DNA from: Candidatus Saccharimonadota bacterium
GTDB lineage: Bacteria; Patescibacteriota; Saccharimonadia; Saccharimonadales; UBA10212
Direction: 5' to 3'
Length of the DNA: 64,000 nucleotides
Assembly (NCBI GenBank): GCA_022841445.1
Contig: JALHRM010000003.1
Span: 343-64,342, forward strand
How positions within the stretch are numbered: position 1 is the stretch's first letter; each line of letters begins with the position of its first letter. This document shows, in pieces, positions 10,325 through 21,035 of the stretch. The translations under genes were made by a program, and so were the position numbers. Below the pieces are notes generated by a model that was not told the DNA's origin, searched no databases, and saw only the letters and a list, made by a program, of their open reading frames with translations.

Positions 10325-10373
10325 TGGCGTAGAGATTTATTAAGTTTGCTTAATATGAGAATTGGTGATTCGT

Positions 10374-11864
10374 ATGGCGCAAGCAACAAAACGTTCGAAA
10401 AAAACAAATAAGTCCGTGGCTGTGCGAAAAAATAACAAAGGACGCAGTAGTCAGAGGCTGGTGCGATCTTACAATGACCGTAAGTTTATTCAGCTGTTTC
10501 ACCACATGCCGTTTGGGCTATCGTTGTGCATAGCATTGCTTATGGCCTTTGTTGCAGCCTTCGCCATATTTTCTAACCAGCCAACTACGACCGCCCAATC
10601 AAAGGCACCACTACTATTTGACGGCAGTAAAGTCGCAAATTGGGGAAATTCACAGGTTGGGAGTAAATGCGGTTCGTCTATTCGCGATATAAGCGAAGTA
10701 CCTCCTGGTAAAAGTGGTACATCAATTCAAGTAACACTTGCTGACAACTGCATATCCAGCATAGATCTGGGCAAGAACCCGAGAGAACGGGCAGAACTGC
10801 TTATGCCAATTGATAAGCTTCAATTCAAAGAAGGTACGGTGTGGTACGTCGATTTTTGGCAGCGGTTTGACCAATTAGCTAGTGGCAGTGGTGATTGGGA
10901 CATTTGGCATCAGCATCATTATTACAGAGGCGGTCAGCCCAACATTATTTTTGCTTCAGACAGCGGTAAGCGCATGAAGTTTAAAACTTCAATCGGTTGT
11001 GGCCATAGCACGCACTGGAATGGCCCCGCCATAGAAACGGGCAAATGGTATCACTTTACTCTGGGTGTTAAGTATGCCGATCTGGCCGCTAACGGCTGGA
11101 TAGAATTAAAAGTTGACGGTCAAACTGTGGTGAAACAAAAACCAGTTGCTACGCTTAATTCATCACAATCAGTTTGCTCCGGAAACTTTGATGGTAACAA
11201 GGGATATCCTAAGAAAGGTATCTACCGTAATGCGGCATTCTCGGGTACCGAGCAGAACACAACATACGGCTTTAGAATTTATGGCGGACAACCGCCCGCC
11301 AGTACTCCCAACCCCTCGCCTGATCCTACACCTGCACCACCACCATCAAACCCCAACCCAGATCCATATCCCGATCCAGACCCTGAGCCAGCTCCTCCAG
11401 AAGCGCCAAAGCCCCAAATAACGGTACGGGGTGGAGATATTACGAGCTGCAAGACCCCCTCAGAGTTCATACCCAATGGTTGTGCCGACCGGATTATTGA
11501 TGATCCACTTGCTCAAGGTCAAAGAACGCTCACCATTGGCCGGAAAGTCTTGCCCGTGTACCATACGTTTACAGCTGCCGAAACCGATGATTACCGAATT
11601 GGCTACAGTCTGCGAAGCAAAGATTACCGTGGACCAGCTAAAATAAATGTTTATCTTGATGGCAAATTGGTAAAAGAAAATGTAACAATTGACGGCAGTA
11701 AGTACAATTACTATTACCTAACCAGAAAATTAGCTGTTGGAAAGCACACTTTCAAGGTAGAGTTCATCAATGATAAATGCGGTAACTTCATACCGAGGGA
11801 ACCATGCGACGGCAAGCACGATCGTAATCTTCTTGTTGATTACTGGAAGCTCATACAGCTATAG
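10374..11864 (+). CDS. Membrane-anchored polysaccharide-lyase-like protein with Pro-rich linker and C-terminal carbohydrate-binding module
   Basis: TM segment; 'RERAEL...WHQHH...GKWYHF...GWIELKVDG...YPKKGIYR' pattern of heparin-lyase-I/polysaccharide-lyase folds; (PD/PE)n linker; C-terminal 'F.ND...DRNLLVD' CBM-like motif. Confidence 0.65.
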   Translation: MAQATKRSKKTNKSVAVRKNNKGRSSQRLVRSYNDRKFIQLFHHMPFGLSLCIALLMAFVAAFAIFSNQPTTTAQSKAPLLFDGSKVANWGNSQVGSKCGSSIRDISEVPPGKSGTSIQVTLADNCISSIDLGKNPRERAELLMPIDKLQFKEGTVWYVDFWQRFDQLASGSGDWDIWHQHHYYRGGQPNIIFASDSGKRMKFKTSIGCGHSTHWNGPAIETGKWYHFTLGVKYADLAANGWIELKVDGQTVVKQKPVATLNSSQSVCSGNFDGNKGYPKKGIYRNAAFSGTEQNTTYGFRIYGGQPPASTPNPSPDPTPAPPPSNPNPDPYPDPDPEPAPPEAPKPQITVRGGDITSCKTPSEFIPNGCADRIIDDPLAQGQRTLTIGRKVLPVYHTFTAAETDDYRIGYSLRSKDYRGPAKINVYLDGKLVKENVTIDGSKYNYYYLTRKLAVGKHTFKVEFINDKCGNFIPREPCDGKHDRNLLVDYWKLIQL

Positions 11865-11900
11865 CCTATCTATATGAAATTGAACTGCTGAAAATGAACC

Positions 11901-12575
11901 CTAGAACCGCTCAGCATTGTCGAGCGGCAGGATTCGGAGCGAAAGTTTACCAACAATCTGATCGGCAGTGATTGGACCAAACTCACGTGAATCAGCCGAA
12001 TTTGCCCGGTTGTCACCGACAACAAATATCTGATTATCTTTAAGGGTGAAGTCAACGTCGTTAGGCGTGGTGCGAGAAGTAATGGTGTATAAGCCACTTT
12101 TGTCGGGGTTGAATCCATTAGGCTCTTCTTGATTGTAAACGGTTAACGAGCCATCCTTAACCACCACACGTTCACCTGGCAAACCGATCACTCGTTTGAT
12201 GAGTTGCCGCTCACCACCTTGCCCAATACCAAGTAAGCCGCTTTGGTTGAATATGATAATTTCACCACGATGCGGAATATAAGGGTTTTTGGTGATTCGT
12301 GACCAAGTGCGTGGAATTTTATCGACAATTAGCCGATCTCGATGCTGCAGGGTTGTTTCCATGCTTTCGCCGTCAACCTCGTACGATTGGAACATAAATG
12401 TCGTTACCGAAATCGCGATAATGGGGGCGAGTAAAAACAATAGAATTGTCGACACCGCCGAAGATTTACGGTCTTTTATCTTTGGTTCTTTTTCGGGTTC
12501 GACATCAGAAACCCTATTAAAAGGCTGTGGTGCCGTGGGCTGTGTAGGTGATGGTTGGTTTTGTTGTGGCGGCAT
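11901..12575 (-). CDS. lepB: Signal peptidase I
   Basis: V.GESMETTL (catalytic Ser), LIKRVIGLPGE (catalytic Lys) and GDNRANSADSREFG. Confidence 0.96.
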   Translation of the reverse strand: MPPQQNQPSPTQPTAPQPFNRVSDVEPEKEPKIKDRKSSAVSTILLFLLAPIIAISVTTFMFQSYEVDGESMETTLQHRDRLIVDKIPRTWSRITKNPYIPHRGEIIIFNQSGLLGIGQGGERQLIKRVIGLPGERVVVKDGSLTVYNQEEPNGFNPDKSGLYTITSRTTPNDVDFTLKDNQIFVVGDNRANSADSREFGPITADQIVGKLSLRILPLDNAERF

Positions 12576-12819
12576 ACAAGTTGCTATTATAGCCTGCCAT
12601 CATTCAATATGCGAGCGACCGATTGTATTAACTGGTGTTGTGACAAAAACTAAGGCATAAACAGTTTTAGGGTTTCACCAGTGAGCACAAGTGCTATACT
12701 GGTAAGCGTCTCCGCTATATTCGTGTGTATCTGTTAGGAGACCAAATAAGCTAGTTTTTTATGTATATAATACAAATAACGAATCATCATAGTATCGTCT
12801 TGTCGAACGGAGTAGCCAG

Positions 12820-14511
12820 GTGAACCCGGATTTTAAAAGACGTAGTCAGTATTCATCTCCACCACCATCGCTGGATGGTCTTTTGAGTCGACCGGCTCAG
12901 CATGCAAATCGACCCCAACCGCAGTTCCGATCCGCCGGAGCGGAGGCACCACGTCAAGCACCGGCTGCAGTCCGACTGGATAGTTTTTCAAGTCCGGATG
13001 GATTCCGAGCATCATCAGGTCCGTCAATGGATGGATTCCGATCAAATACGCCAACTAGCACTATTGATCCTTCGGCAAATGCCGCTCATTCTAGCTTACC
13101 CCAGCCGCATGATCCAACGGATGTGCCGCATAAACCAGTAAAAAAACACAAACGTCGTCGAGTATCGGTATTCAAAATATTTCGTCGGGTAGGACTCGCT
13201 GCCACAGTATTGATCATTGCCGGCGGGTCTTACTTTGGTGTAAAACTGTACCTGACCGGGAGGAATGTGCTGCAGGGTGGTGTTAGTGCTCCAGCGTTAG
13301 CCAGTACCGTTGATGCCTCGCAGTTGAGCGGTGAAGGCGATGGCCGTGTGAATGTGCTGTTGATCGGCAAGGGTGGCGACAACCACCCAGGCGGACAGTT
13401 AACCGACACGTTGCTTATCGCCAGCATTGATCCGGTTAATAAAAAAGCCGCAGTGGTCAGTATACCGCGTGATTTTTGGATGAAAGTTGCTGGCACAAGC
13501 AGTTACCAAAAAGTAAATTCTGTCTATAATCTTGGTAAAGAAAAATCAACGGCCAAAACCAAAAACCAAGAAGAAACAGATGGCGTAAAGCTACTTTCTG
13601 ACACCATGAGCCAGACGCTCGGCATCCCGATCCAGTACTATGCCATGTTTGATTTTACTGGCTATAAAGAACTAGTAGACACAGTCGGCGGTATTGACAT
13701 TAAAATCGATGAACCGATTTTTGATCCGAATTTTGACGGTCAATATGGGAGAAATGCACTCCGTCTACCGGCCGGCAACGTACATCTCAGTGGCACACAA
13801 GCATTGCTACTTGGCCGCGCTCGTGGTGTGGCAGGCGGCTACGGTGTAAGTTCTGACTTTGATCGCAATGAAAATCAGCGCAAAATGATTGTTGCACTCA
13901 AGGATAAGCTCTTAAGCAGTGGCACATACACTAACCCTGTCAAGATCAATCAATTGGTGACAACGCTTGGCGACAATGCGAAAACAAGTTTTTCGGCTGG
14001 TGAAATAATTCGCCTAAATCAGATTTTTAAGCAAATTAAGCCTGCCGACATCGCATCGATTGATTTTGTGACGCCGCCAAATGACCTGCTAACTACCGGC
14101 AATATAGCCGGCCAGTCTGTTGTTTATCCAAAAGCCGGTATTACTAATCTTGGTCCAATTCAAAACTATCTGCGTAATACACTGAAGGACGGATTCTTGC
14201 AGCAAGAAAGTGCAAAAGTGGCGGTTTATAACGACACCAATATCAGCGGACTAGCCGGCAAGCAGGCCGAAATACTGCGGTCATTTGGCTACACTGTAAC
14301 TACAGTTACTGACGCTCCTGGCAAACAGAATAGTCCTACCACGACAGTTGTAGACCTTACTGGTGGTACAAAGAAGTTTACTAAACGATATTTGGAACAG
14401 CGCTTTAAGGTAACGGCGATTGCCAAGCCGGCAAATGTGCAAATTCCGGCAGACCCGACAACAGTTGATTTTATTGTTATAGTAGGTCAAGATGCAGCGA
14501 ATACTCCGTAA
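12820..14511 (+). CDS. LCP (LytR-CpsA-Psr) family protein with LytR C-terminal domain
   Basis: TDTLLIASID, SIPRD, D.DRNENQ and a C-terminal VAVYN...GLAG...VIVGQD, preceded by a long disordered N-terminus and a TM segment. Confidence 0.9.
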   Translation: MNPDFKRRSQYSSPPPSLDGLLSRPAQHANRPQPQFRSAGAEAPRQAPAAVRLDSFSSPDGFRASSGPSMDGFRSNTPTSTIDPSANAAHSSLPQPHDPTDVPHKPVKKHKRRRVSVFKIFRRVGLAATVLIIAGGSYFGVKLYLTGRNVLQGGVSAPALASTVDASQLSGEGDGRVNVLLIGKGGDNHPGGQLTDTLLIASIDPVNKKAAVVSIPRDFWMKVAGTSSYQKVNSVYNLGKEKSTAKTKNQEETDGVKLLSDTMSQTLGIPIQYYAMFDFTGYKELVDTVGGIDIKIDEPIFDPNFDGQYGRNALRLPAGNVHLSGTQALLLGRARGVAGGYGVSSDFDRNENQRKMIVALKDKLLSSGTYTNPVKINQLVTTLGDNAKTSFSAGEIIRLNQIFKQIKPADIASIDFVTPPNDLLTTGNIAGQSVVYPKAGITNLGPIQNYLRNTLKDGFLQQESAKVAVYNDTNISGLAGKQAEILRSFGYTVTTVTDAPGKQNSPTTTVVDLTGGTKKFTKRYLEQRFKVTAIAKPANVQIPADPTTVDFIVIVGQDAANTP

Positions 14512-15241
14512 AATAAAGCCACTCAAAGGCTTTTCACACCCACTCCACATACTATTCAAAATATTGCTACCAATCCTAGTATTTGTACTGGTTCGTATTG
14601 ATTTTCTGAGCTTGGCGATTATCCTCATTTTACTAAGTAAATGGCGATTATTTGCTGTGCGCCCAAGGTATTGGGCGGTAAACGTTGTTAGCAATGGCGT
14701 TGATATTTTGGTTGGCGTTTCGCTGGCCGTATTTATGGCCAATACTGGATCGGAATGGTGGCAACTGTTTTGGGTGGCGGTATATGCTGGTTGGCTGGTG
14801 TGGCTTAAACCTCGTTCAGATGCTTTCTCGGTCAGTATGCAGGCGTTGCTTGGCCAACTGGTGGCCTTGTCGGCTTTTTATCTAAAATTCAGTGATATAT
14901 CACTACTGGGTTTGGTGGCCGGAACTAGTGCTATTGCCTATATTTCGGCACGACACTTCATTAGTAGTTTTGACGAATCACACCCTGGACTTGTATCAAA
15001 CGTTTGGACGTACTTTGCTGCTGGGTTGGCGTTTGTGCTTGGTCATTGGTTGTTGTTTTACAGCGTTATTGCGCAGATTACATTGTTTTTGACTGTTATA
15101 GGTATTGGTGTCGGAACATTATATTATTTACATAAATATGACCGACTCTCAGGAAAAATTCAGCGCCAAATCGTAGGCTTGCTGTGTGCCGTGCTGGTCA
15201 TTGTCCTAATATTTTCAAACTGGACTGCCACACCGGTGTAG
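14492..15241 (+). CDS. Polytopic membrane protein
   Basis: Multiple hydrophobic helices; overlaps the end of the LCP gene. Confidence 0.75.
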   Translation: MQRILRKIKPLKGFSHPLHILFKILLPILVFVLVRIDFLSLAIILILLSKWRLFAVRPRYWAVNVVSNGVDILVGVSLAVFMANTGSEWWQLFWVAVYAGWLVWLKPRSDAFSVSMQALLGQLVALSAFYLKFSDISLLGLVAGTSAIAYISARHFISSFDESHPGLVSNVWTYFAAGLAFVLGHWLLFYSVIAQITLFLTVIGIGVGTLYYLHKYDRLSGKIQRQIVGLLCAVLVIVLIFSNWTATPV

Positions 15242-15290
15242 TAATTGATTGAGTAAGTTTAGTAGCAAATTAGGTAGGATTATAATTTAT

Positions 15291-16505
15291 ATGGAAGAAC
15301 CATCAAACAGCACAAAATCAGTATCAACACAGCGTCCGCCAAAAACCAACACCACTAAAACGGGTGGCAACCGGATTGCGCTGCTGCTACTGGCGTGTTT
15401 GAGTGCCGGCTTTGTTGGTGGTTGGTTTGGTAATTCTGCGCGGCCGGAAACTTCATTGCAGTCCAGTAATCAAGCCCAGCGTGAAGTCATAAGTTCAGAG
15501 GGTCAACTCATCAGTTCAATCGCCAAAGATGTCGGCGAAAGTGTCGTATCAATCGATGTGCAGAGCCAATCTGCTGGTCAGGATTTCTTCGGTTATAGTC
15601 GGAGCGTTGAGCAGCAAAGTGCCGGCACCGGTTTTATCATTAGTAGTGATGGTGTGGTGGTTACAAATCGCCACGTCATTCCACGGGGTACCACCGGTAT
15701 AAGTGTCACATTGAGTGACGGTACTAAACTAGATAACGTTGAGGTCATCGGTCGTACGCTGGACAGCGACTCGCTTGATGTCGCATTTCTTAAGATAACC
15801 GACAAAAAGGGTAAGACACTTAAACCGGCAGTGCTAGGTGATTCTTCCAAGGTAGAGGTGGGCAACCGTGTGATTGCCATCGGTAACGCGCTTGGTCAGT
15901 TCCAAAACACCGTCACAAGTGGCATTATCTCTGGGTATGGTCGTGACATTGTGGCTGGGGGCGTCTATGGCGGCGATCAAGAATCACTGACCAACTTATT
16001 TCAGACGGACGCAGCCATCAACGAAGGCAATTCTGGTGGTCCACTTGTCAACACTAACAGCGAAGTTATTGGAATAAACACCGCGGTGGCGGCCGGACAA
16101 GCACAAAATATAGGGTTCGCTATTCCGATCAATGATATCAAGGGGTTGATTACATCCGTCCTCGAAAAAGGCAAACTTGAAAAGCCGTACATGGGCGTAC
16201 GTTATGTTTCACTAACTGATGATCTAGCATATGAGCTTAACCTCGAAACAAAACGAGGAGCTTACTTGGCACCGGCCGGACAGACGGGCCAACCAACCGT
16301 TTTACCGGATAGTCCTGCCGCCAAAGCTGGTCTAAAAGAAAAAGACATCATCACCAAAGTTGGCAACACTAACATTGATGAAAAAACCAGCCTTAACAGT
16401 GCTCTTAGCAAATCAAAAGTAGGTGACACCGTAACGCTGACTGTTTTGCGGGATGGCAAACAACAGACAATAAAAGTCACATTAGCCGCTCAATCCCAAG
16501 AGTAG
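15291..16505 (+). CDS. htrA: HtrA/DegP-family serine protease with PDZ domain
   Basis: GTGFII, TNRHV, QTDAAINEGNSGGPL and a C-terminal PDZ domain (SPAAKAGLKEKDII). Confidence 0.95.
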   Translation: MEEPSNSTKSVSTQRPPKTNTTKTGGNRIALLLLACLSAGFVGGWFGNSARPETSLQSSNQAQREVISSEGQLISSIAKDVGESVVSIDVQSQSAGQDFFGYSRSVEQQSAGTGFIISSDGVVVTNRHVIPRGTTGISVTLSDGTKLDNVEVIGRTLDSDSLDVAFLKITDKKGKTLKPAVLGDSSKVEVGNRVIAIGNALGQFQNTVTSGIISGYGRDIVAGGVYGGDQESLTNLFQTDAAINEGNSGGPLVNTNSEVIGINTAVAAGQAQNIGFAIPINDIKGLITSVLEKGKLEKPYMGVRYVSLTDDLAYELNLETKRGAYLAPAGQTGQPTVLPDSPAAKAGLKEKDIITKVGNTNIDEKTSLNSALSKSKVGDTVTLTVLRDGKQQTIKVTLAAQSQE

Positions 16506-16540
16506 TATTCTAGATTAATGCAATTACAGAGAAAAGCATA

Positions 16541-17368
16541 GTGACACTGGGTAAGGCTGAGGGGCTGGTTGCAACTGAAGGAACTCCAGCACGCTATGCT
16601 AGTCGAGATCAGTTAATTGGCCGCTTTTCTATACTATTGCCCCACATCCCGCTTGGTAGGCAGAATTTTGAAGGGCAAGGAACAGATACGCTGAGTCGGC
16701 GAGTTGACGAAGTCGCACTTTTAACTCAAGGCCTGCTAGCTGTTCGCTCGCCAGAAGATATAGATGATCATGAGGTTATGTGTGCCACAGAATACACCGT
16801 CTCCTGGTTACTTATGGTGCTCCAGCCGGTTACAGCAAGCGTCAAGGGTAAGTACTTTAATGCCGGTACTGGTCGATCAGACGCTGATGATTTTGAACAA
16901 ATAATGCACATGCAACTAATCACGGAAATACTGCCAAAGTTTGATCCCGCTCGAGCAAGTTTCTTGAAGTTTTTTGGCGGTATAGCTAGAAGTCGCGTAG
17001 TAGATAGGATTCGCAAAGAGCAGCTTGATACACGAATTAATGGCAAGTCGCTTAATCATTTGTTCGAAGAGCCAGGTTCAGATGAAGATAAATCGAATTT
17101 AGTTCCGGTTTCACCTGATGAGGCACATGACACAGCCGTCTTTTACGAACGGATACGACTGCTTGTGAATATGTTAAGCAGAGTGACTGAAGAACAAAAA
17201 CAGGCTTACATTGCCATCGCGCTTAACGGTTCAACTGACGCAGAGTATGCAAAAAGAACCGGCGTACCGCTTGGTACAATTAAATCAAGAGTACGCACTG
17301 CTCGCCAAAAAATTATCAGAAAGATGGAGCTACTTGGTCATACTGACTACGCTGCGGACACCCCGTAG
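16541..17368 (+). CDS. Divergent sigma-70/ECF-like RNA polymerase sigma factor
   Basis: Region 2-like 'DADDFEQ...FDP.RASF..F..GIARSRVVDRIRK' and region 4-like 'EYAKRTGVPLGTIKSRVRTARQKI'. Confidence 0.75.
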   Translation: MTLGKAEGLVATEGTPARYASRDQLIGRFSILLPHIPLGRQNFEGQGTDTLSRRVDEVALLTQGLLAVRSPEDIDDHEVMCATEYTVSWLLMVLQPVTASVKGKYFNAGTGRSDADDFEQIMHMQLITEILPKFDPARASFLKFFGGIARSRVVDRIRKEQLDTRINGKSLNHLFEEPGSDEDKSNLVPVSPDEAHDTAVFYERIRLLVNMLSRVTEEQKQAYIAIALNGSTDAEYAKRTGVPLGTIKSRVRTARQKIIRKMELLGHTDYAADTP

Positions 17369-17369
17369 T

Positions 17370-18203
17370 TTATCGAGTATTTTTTATGGTGAAAACTTGA
17401 ATGAAATCATCGGTTTTTAAGAGCTTATAGTTTGATGTAGCCGCAATTTTCTGTAACGTCTGGTGCTGTGGCGGCAATGATTCTGTGAGTACAAACTTCG
17501 GCTTTTGTTCTCGTTGTTTAATTTGTACGAACAATTCACGGTACAAGTCCAATCCATCTTTGCCGCCGAAGATTGCCAATCTTGGTTCATGAGCGGCTGC
17601 TTCGTTGATGTGCCAGTCATCTGGCACGTACGGTAGATTACAAAGTAGTACATCGGCACTATGCTCATAATTTTTTAATAAATCAGATTGCAGTAACTCC
17701 GCCTCCGTATCATGCCGAACTAGGTTTTCTTCTGCTACTGCGAGGCAGTGTTTATCGATGTCGATAAGCACAACTCGCGCTTTCATAATCTCAAGCCTGG
17801 CGGTAATGCCAAGTGCGCCCGAGCCGGTCCCCACATCAACAACTTTCCAAGGAGCCTCCTTGGAAATGAAGTAGATAGACAATTCATTTTTTAGTAGGTC
17901 AATCATTGTTTCGCTTTCTGGTCTTGGTTCAAGCACGTGCTTATTAACGATGAACTCACGGCCGTAAAACTCGGTTTTACCGCGAATGTAGGCCAATGGC
18001 TCATGTTTCGCACGCCGTTTGATTTGATCATCCAGTTTTTTTATCTGTGTTTTGGTGAGTTCATGCTCCGGGTGCGCCAATAACCAGCCCCGATCTTTCC
18101 CGGTTACGTCTTCCAGAATCACCAAACAATCTAGCCGGGCAGTGCCAACCCCCGCTTCACTTAGTTTCTGGTACGCTGTCTTAAGCCAAACGCTGCCGTT
18201 CAT
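17370..18203 (-). CDS. prmC: Release factor glutamine methyltransferase
   Basis: [24 protein letters not shown] and NLPY; lies downstream of prfA. Confidence 0.95.
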   Translation of the reverse strand: MNGSVWLKTAYQKLSEAGVGTARLDCLVILEDVTGKDRGWLLAHPEHELTKTQIKKLDDQIKRRAKHEPLAYIRGKTEFYGREFIVNKHVLEPRPESETMIDLLKNELSIYFISKEAPWKVVDVGTGSGALGITARLEIMKARVVLIDIDKHCLAVAEENLVRHDTEAELLQSDLLKNYEHSADVLLCNLPYVPDDWHINEAAAHEPRLAIFGGKDGLDLYRELFVQIKQREQKPKFVLTESLPPQHQTLQKIAATSNYKLLKTDDFIQVFTIKNTR

Positions 18204-19252
18204 TCTTGGCTGATAAGTTGGCGGTCGGCTTCGTGGAGCTTTTCAATAATGTCATCAATATCGCCGTCCAGCGCGGCAGGCAGGTTACTCCGGGAGTATC
18301 CAATACGGTGGTCGGTAATACGGTCCTGTGGGTAGTTGTACGTCCGGATTTTTTCACTACGGTCACCTGATCCGATCAGTTTTTTGCGGGCATCAGATAG
18401 TTCCTTTTGTTCGTCGTCGATCTTTATTTGTAGTAGGCGAGAACGCAGTACGCTCAGCGCTTTGGCCTTATTTTTTATCTGGGATTTCTCGTCCTGATTG
18501 GCAACAACTAAGCCAGTGGGTAGGTGTGTAATACGTACCGCTGAATCAGTCGTGTTGACTGATTGTCCACCGTGGCCGCCACTGCGGAAGACGTCAATGC
18601 GCAGGTCGGATTCTTTGATCTCTATGTCCGTTTCTTCGGCTTCAGGCATGACAGCCACTGTCGTTGTACTGGTATGGATGCGCCCCTGGCTTTCGGTAAC
18701 TGGCACCCGTTGAACGCGGTGCACGCCGGCCTCGAACTTAAGCATGCGGTAAGCATCTTCGCCACGTACCATAAAAATCACTTCCTTAAATCCGCCAGAC
18801 TCGTTGGCGCTTTCACTGATAAGTTCGGCTTTATAATTATGTTTTTCAGCCCAACGCATGTACATGCGGTATAAATCACCAGCAAATATAGCCGACTCAT
18901 CACCACCGGCTGCACCGCGAATTTCAATAACAACGTCCTTTTCGTCGTTTGGGTCTTTTGGCGTCAACGCCTCTTCAAGTGCGGCTGTAGTTGTCTTTTG
19001 CTTTTGTTCTATTTCGGTAAGTTCCAGCTCTGCAAGCTCGGCTAACTCTCCGCCGGATGCAACCATTTCCTGAGAAGATGTACGGTCGCCCGCGAGCTTT
19101 TTAAGCGTGTCGAAAAGAGCTAGTGTATCCTCCAAATATTTCTGACGTCTGGCTAATTTCGGGTAAGATGGGTCTGAATAAATGCCTGGATCACTCAGCT
19201 TTTCCTGAATCTGCTCGTACTCTTCGCGTAAGTTTTGTTCTTTTTGCTGCAT
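18200..19252 (-). CDS. prfA: Peptide chain release factor 1
   Basis: GGQ motif ([10 protein letters not shown]) and the PxT tripeptide in [14 protein letters not shown]. Confidence 0.97.
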   Translation of the reverse strand: MQQKEQNLREEYEQIQEKLSDPGIYSDPSYPKLARRQKYLEDTLALFDTLKKLAGDRTSSQEMVASGGELAELAELELTEIEQKQKTTTAALEEALTPKDPNDEKDVVIEIRGAAGGDESAIFAGDLYRMYMRWAEKHNYKAELISESANESGGFKEVIFMVRGEDAYRMLKFEAGVHRVQRVPVTESQGRIHTSTTTVAVMPEAEETDIEIKESDLRIDVFRSGGHGGQSVNTTDSAVRITHLPTGLVVANQDEKSQIKNKAKALSVLRSRLLQIKIDDEQKELSDARKKLIGSGDRSEKIRTYNYPQDRITDHRIGYSRSNLPAALDGDIDDIIEKLHEADRQLISQE

Positions 19253-19306
19253 AAGCTACGCTACAGTATAGCAATCTATGACTAATATGCCTCGGGGTGG
19301 TTTCAT

Positions 19307-19876
19307 ATGGCAAACAGCTTCGCCTACTTATTAATATTCGGTTTTGCAGCATCCAGTTACGCTGTGCTTATCTATCAGCTAGTTAAAAACCAGTACCAAC
19401 CTAGTTTTTTTAGCCGCCTTGTCTGGTTTGCGCAGACGATAATTAGCCTCATAACCGTCGTATTGTCGGATGGTTCACCATCGGCTATTCTGTTAGCGTC
19501 AGTATTCGTTGCTGGAAATATACCAGTTGCTATATTAAGTTATTACAAAGGCTCAAGGGAATTTAACAGTGTAGAAAAAATAAGCACCGTTATGCTTGTG
19601 CTCACTGTAATAGCTTGGTTGTCGCTCGACTCAGCCTTTATAGGTTTGGCTGGTAGTCTGCTCACGCATTTTATTGGTGGCTTGCCGACCATCTGGCGAG
19701 TGATCAAGAATCCAAAAAAGGAACGAGCAGTGCATTGGTATTTTCTGCTGGCTGCAGCGTTGGTTAGTTTGATGGCCTCAGACGGCTACTCACTTAAAGC
19801 CGCACTACTTCCCCTATACTTCACACTATTCGACATGCTGATAGTTGGGCTTTCGTTGAGACCAAGCAAGAAGTAG
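19307..19876 (+). CDS. Hypothetical polytopic membrane protein
   Basis: About six hydrophobic helices with an internal two-fold repeat (..KNQYQP..W / ..KNPKKE..W). Confidence 0.7.
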   Translation: MANSFAYLLIFGFAASSYAVLIYQLVKNQYQPSFFSRLVWFAQTIISLITVVLSDGSPSAILLASVFVAGNIPVAILSYYKGSREFNSVEKISTVMLVLTVIAWLSLDSAFIGLAGSLLTHFIGGLPTIWRVIKNPKKERAVHWYFLLAAALVSLMASDGYSLKAALLPLYFTLFDMLIVGLSLRPSKK

Positions 19877-19887
19877 TAAGGTTATAA

Positions 19888-20238
19888 TTAAGCCGATTTT
19901 TTTGGGGCAGGAGTTGCACCGAGCTTCTGTGATTCGGTTTTGGCGCCTTTTCTAGTCTTGGTAGCGGCTTTTTTACGAGCTTCCAGAGCATTGGCTGCGG
20001 CTTCGCGGCGGGCTTTGAACTTGTCGACGCGGCCTTCGATGTCGATCATTTTCTCTTGACCGGTGTAGAAGGGGTGCGAACTGCTGCTGATGTGTACTTT
20101 TACTAGCGGGTATTCTGTGCCATCGAGCTTGATAGTTTCGTCAGTTGCTACAGTAGAGCGCGTCAGAAACGTCGTATTGTCATTCAAATCTTGAAAAACA
20201 ACGTGACGGTAGTTGTTAGGGTGTAAATCTTTTTTCAT
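19888..20238 (-). CDS. rpmE2: 50S ribosomal protein L31 type B with basic C-terminal extension
   Basis: MKKDLHP...VVFQD...[11 protein letters not shown]...GRVDKF, without the Zn-binding cysteines. Confidence 0.95.
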   Translation of the reverse strand: MKKDLHPNNYRHVVFQDLNDNTTFLTRSTVATDETIKLDGTEYPLVKVHISSSSHPFYTGQEKMIDIEGRVDKFKARREAAANALEARKKAATKTRKGAKTESQKLGATPAPKKSA

Positions 20239-20336
20239 AGTCGGTTTCCGATTATATCTGTTTTATGAAGTTTGGTCAACAAACCCAGAGACCTTATATT
20301 GCAATTGTATAGTTAATATGTTAAAATATTTGTGTA

Positions 20337-20960
20337 ATGTTGAGTATTTATCAGAATTTAGGTCGGGAAATCCCGATGACATCATCGCCATCGCCACATC
20401 AGGTTGGTCTTTTACGTTGGCGCGAAAAAGAACTCAGGCGTTTTAACGATGAAGATGAAGCACTACGTGATCTAGATGATCGACTTGAGGCATATAAGTT
20501 TAATAAACAAGGTGCGGAACTTGCGAGAATCATAGGTGAAAAGACTGCGGAACTTGCCGATTTTGCACTTGCGACAAGCCTAGATGTCGGCGAAATTAAC
20601 GATCCCCGTAGGATTGTGAATGTTAGCAGCAACGATCCCCGTTATGATGAGCGTTATATTATTACTGCATTAGACGAGAATCTGACACCATGTGCTCCTC
20701 GCACAGCCTCAAACTTTAGGGTTGCGCTTCAAGACAGGAGAATTGATACAGTTCCTTATCCTGGCGCTTTTATAGATGACCCGCGATTTAGTTTTACTAT
20801 TGGCGGTAGTATGCTCCCAGAGCGGTGGGAACCTGAAGGACTTGTCCAAATGGAAGATGTACTCGAGCTCTACAATGATGCGATAAAAGCTCTAGTACTT
20901 AGTGCGACTGACGGCAATCTTAATCAACAGATTTCGACAGCTTCAGGTAGTGTCACATAG
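20337..20960 (+). CDS. Hypothetical protein (Lys-poor orphan)
   Basis: 207-aa ORF filling the intergenic space; start may be 20376; no recognised motif. Confidence 0.6.
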   Translation: MLSIYQNLGREIPMTSSPSPHQVGLLRWREKELRRFNDEDEALRDLDDRLEAYKFNKQGAELARIIGEKTAELADFALATSLDVGEINDPRRIVNVSSNDPRYDERYIITALDENLTPCAPRTASNFRVALQDRRIDTVPYPGAFIDDPRFSFTIGGSMLPERWEPEGLVQMEDVLELYNDAIKALVLSATDGNLNQQISTASGSVT

Positions 20961-21035
20961 AAGAAGTAATTTAACGTAAAATTGACCAAAATAAAAACTT
21001 ATGCTAAAGTAGTAGTGTTAAATAAACACAAAAAT

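Noticed and set aside
8840-12690. parS sites near parAB
   Set aside because: Only partial matches were seen (TTTTCACGTG near 8846 and GTTTCACCAGTGAGCA near 12672), not the 16-bp TGTTTCACGTGAAACA palindrome.
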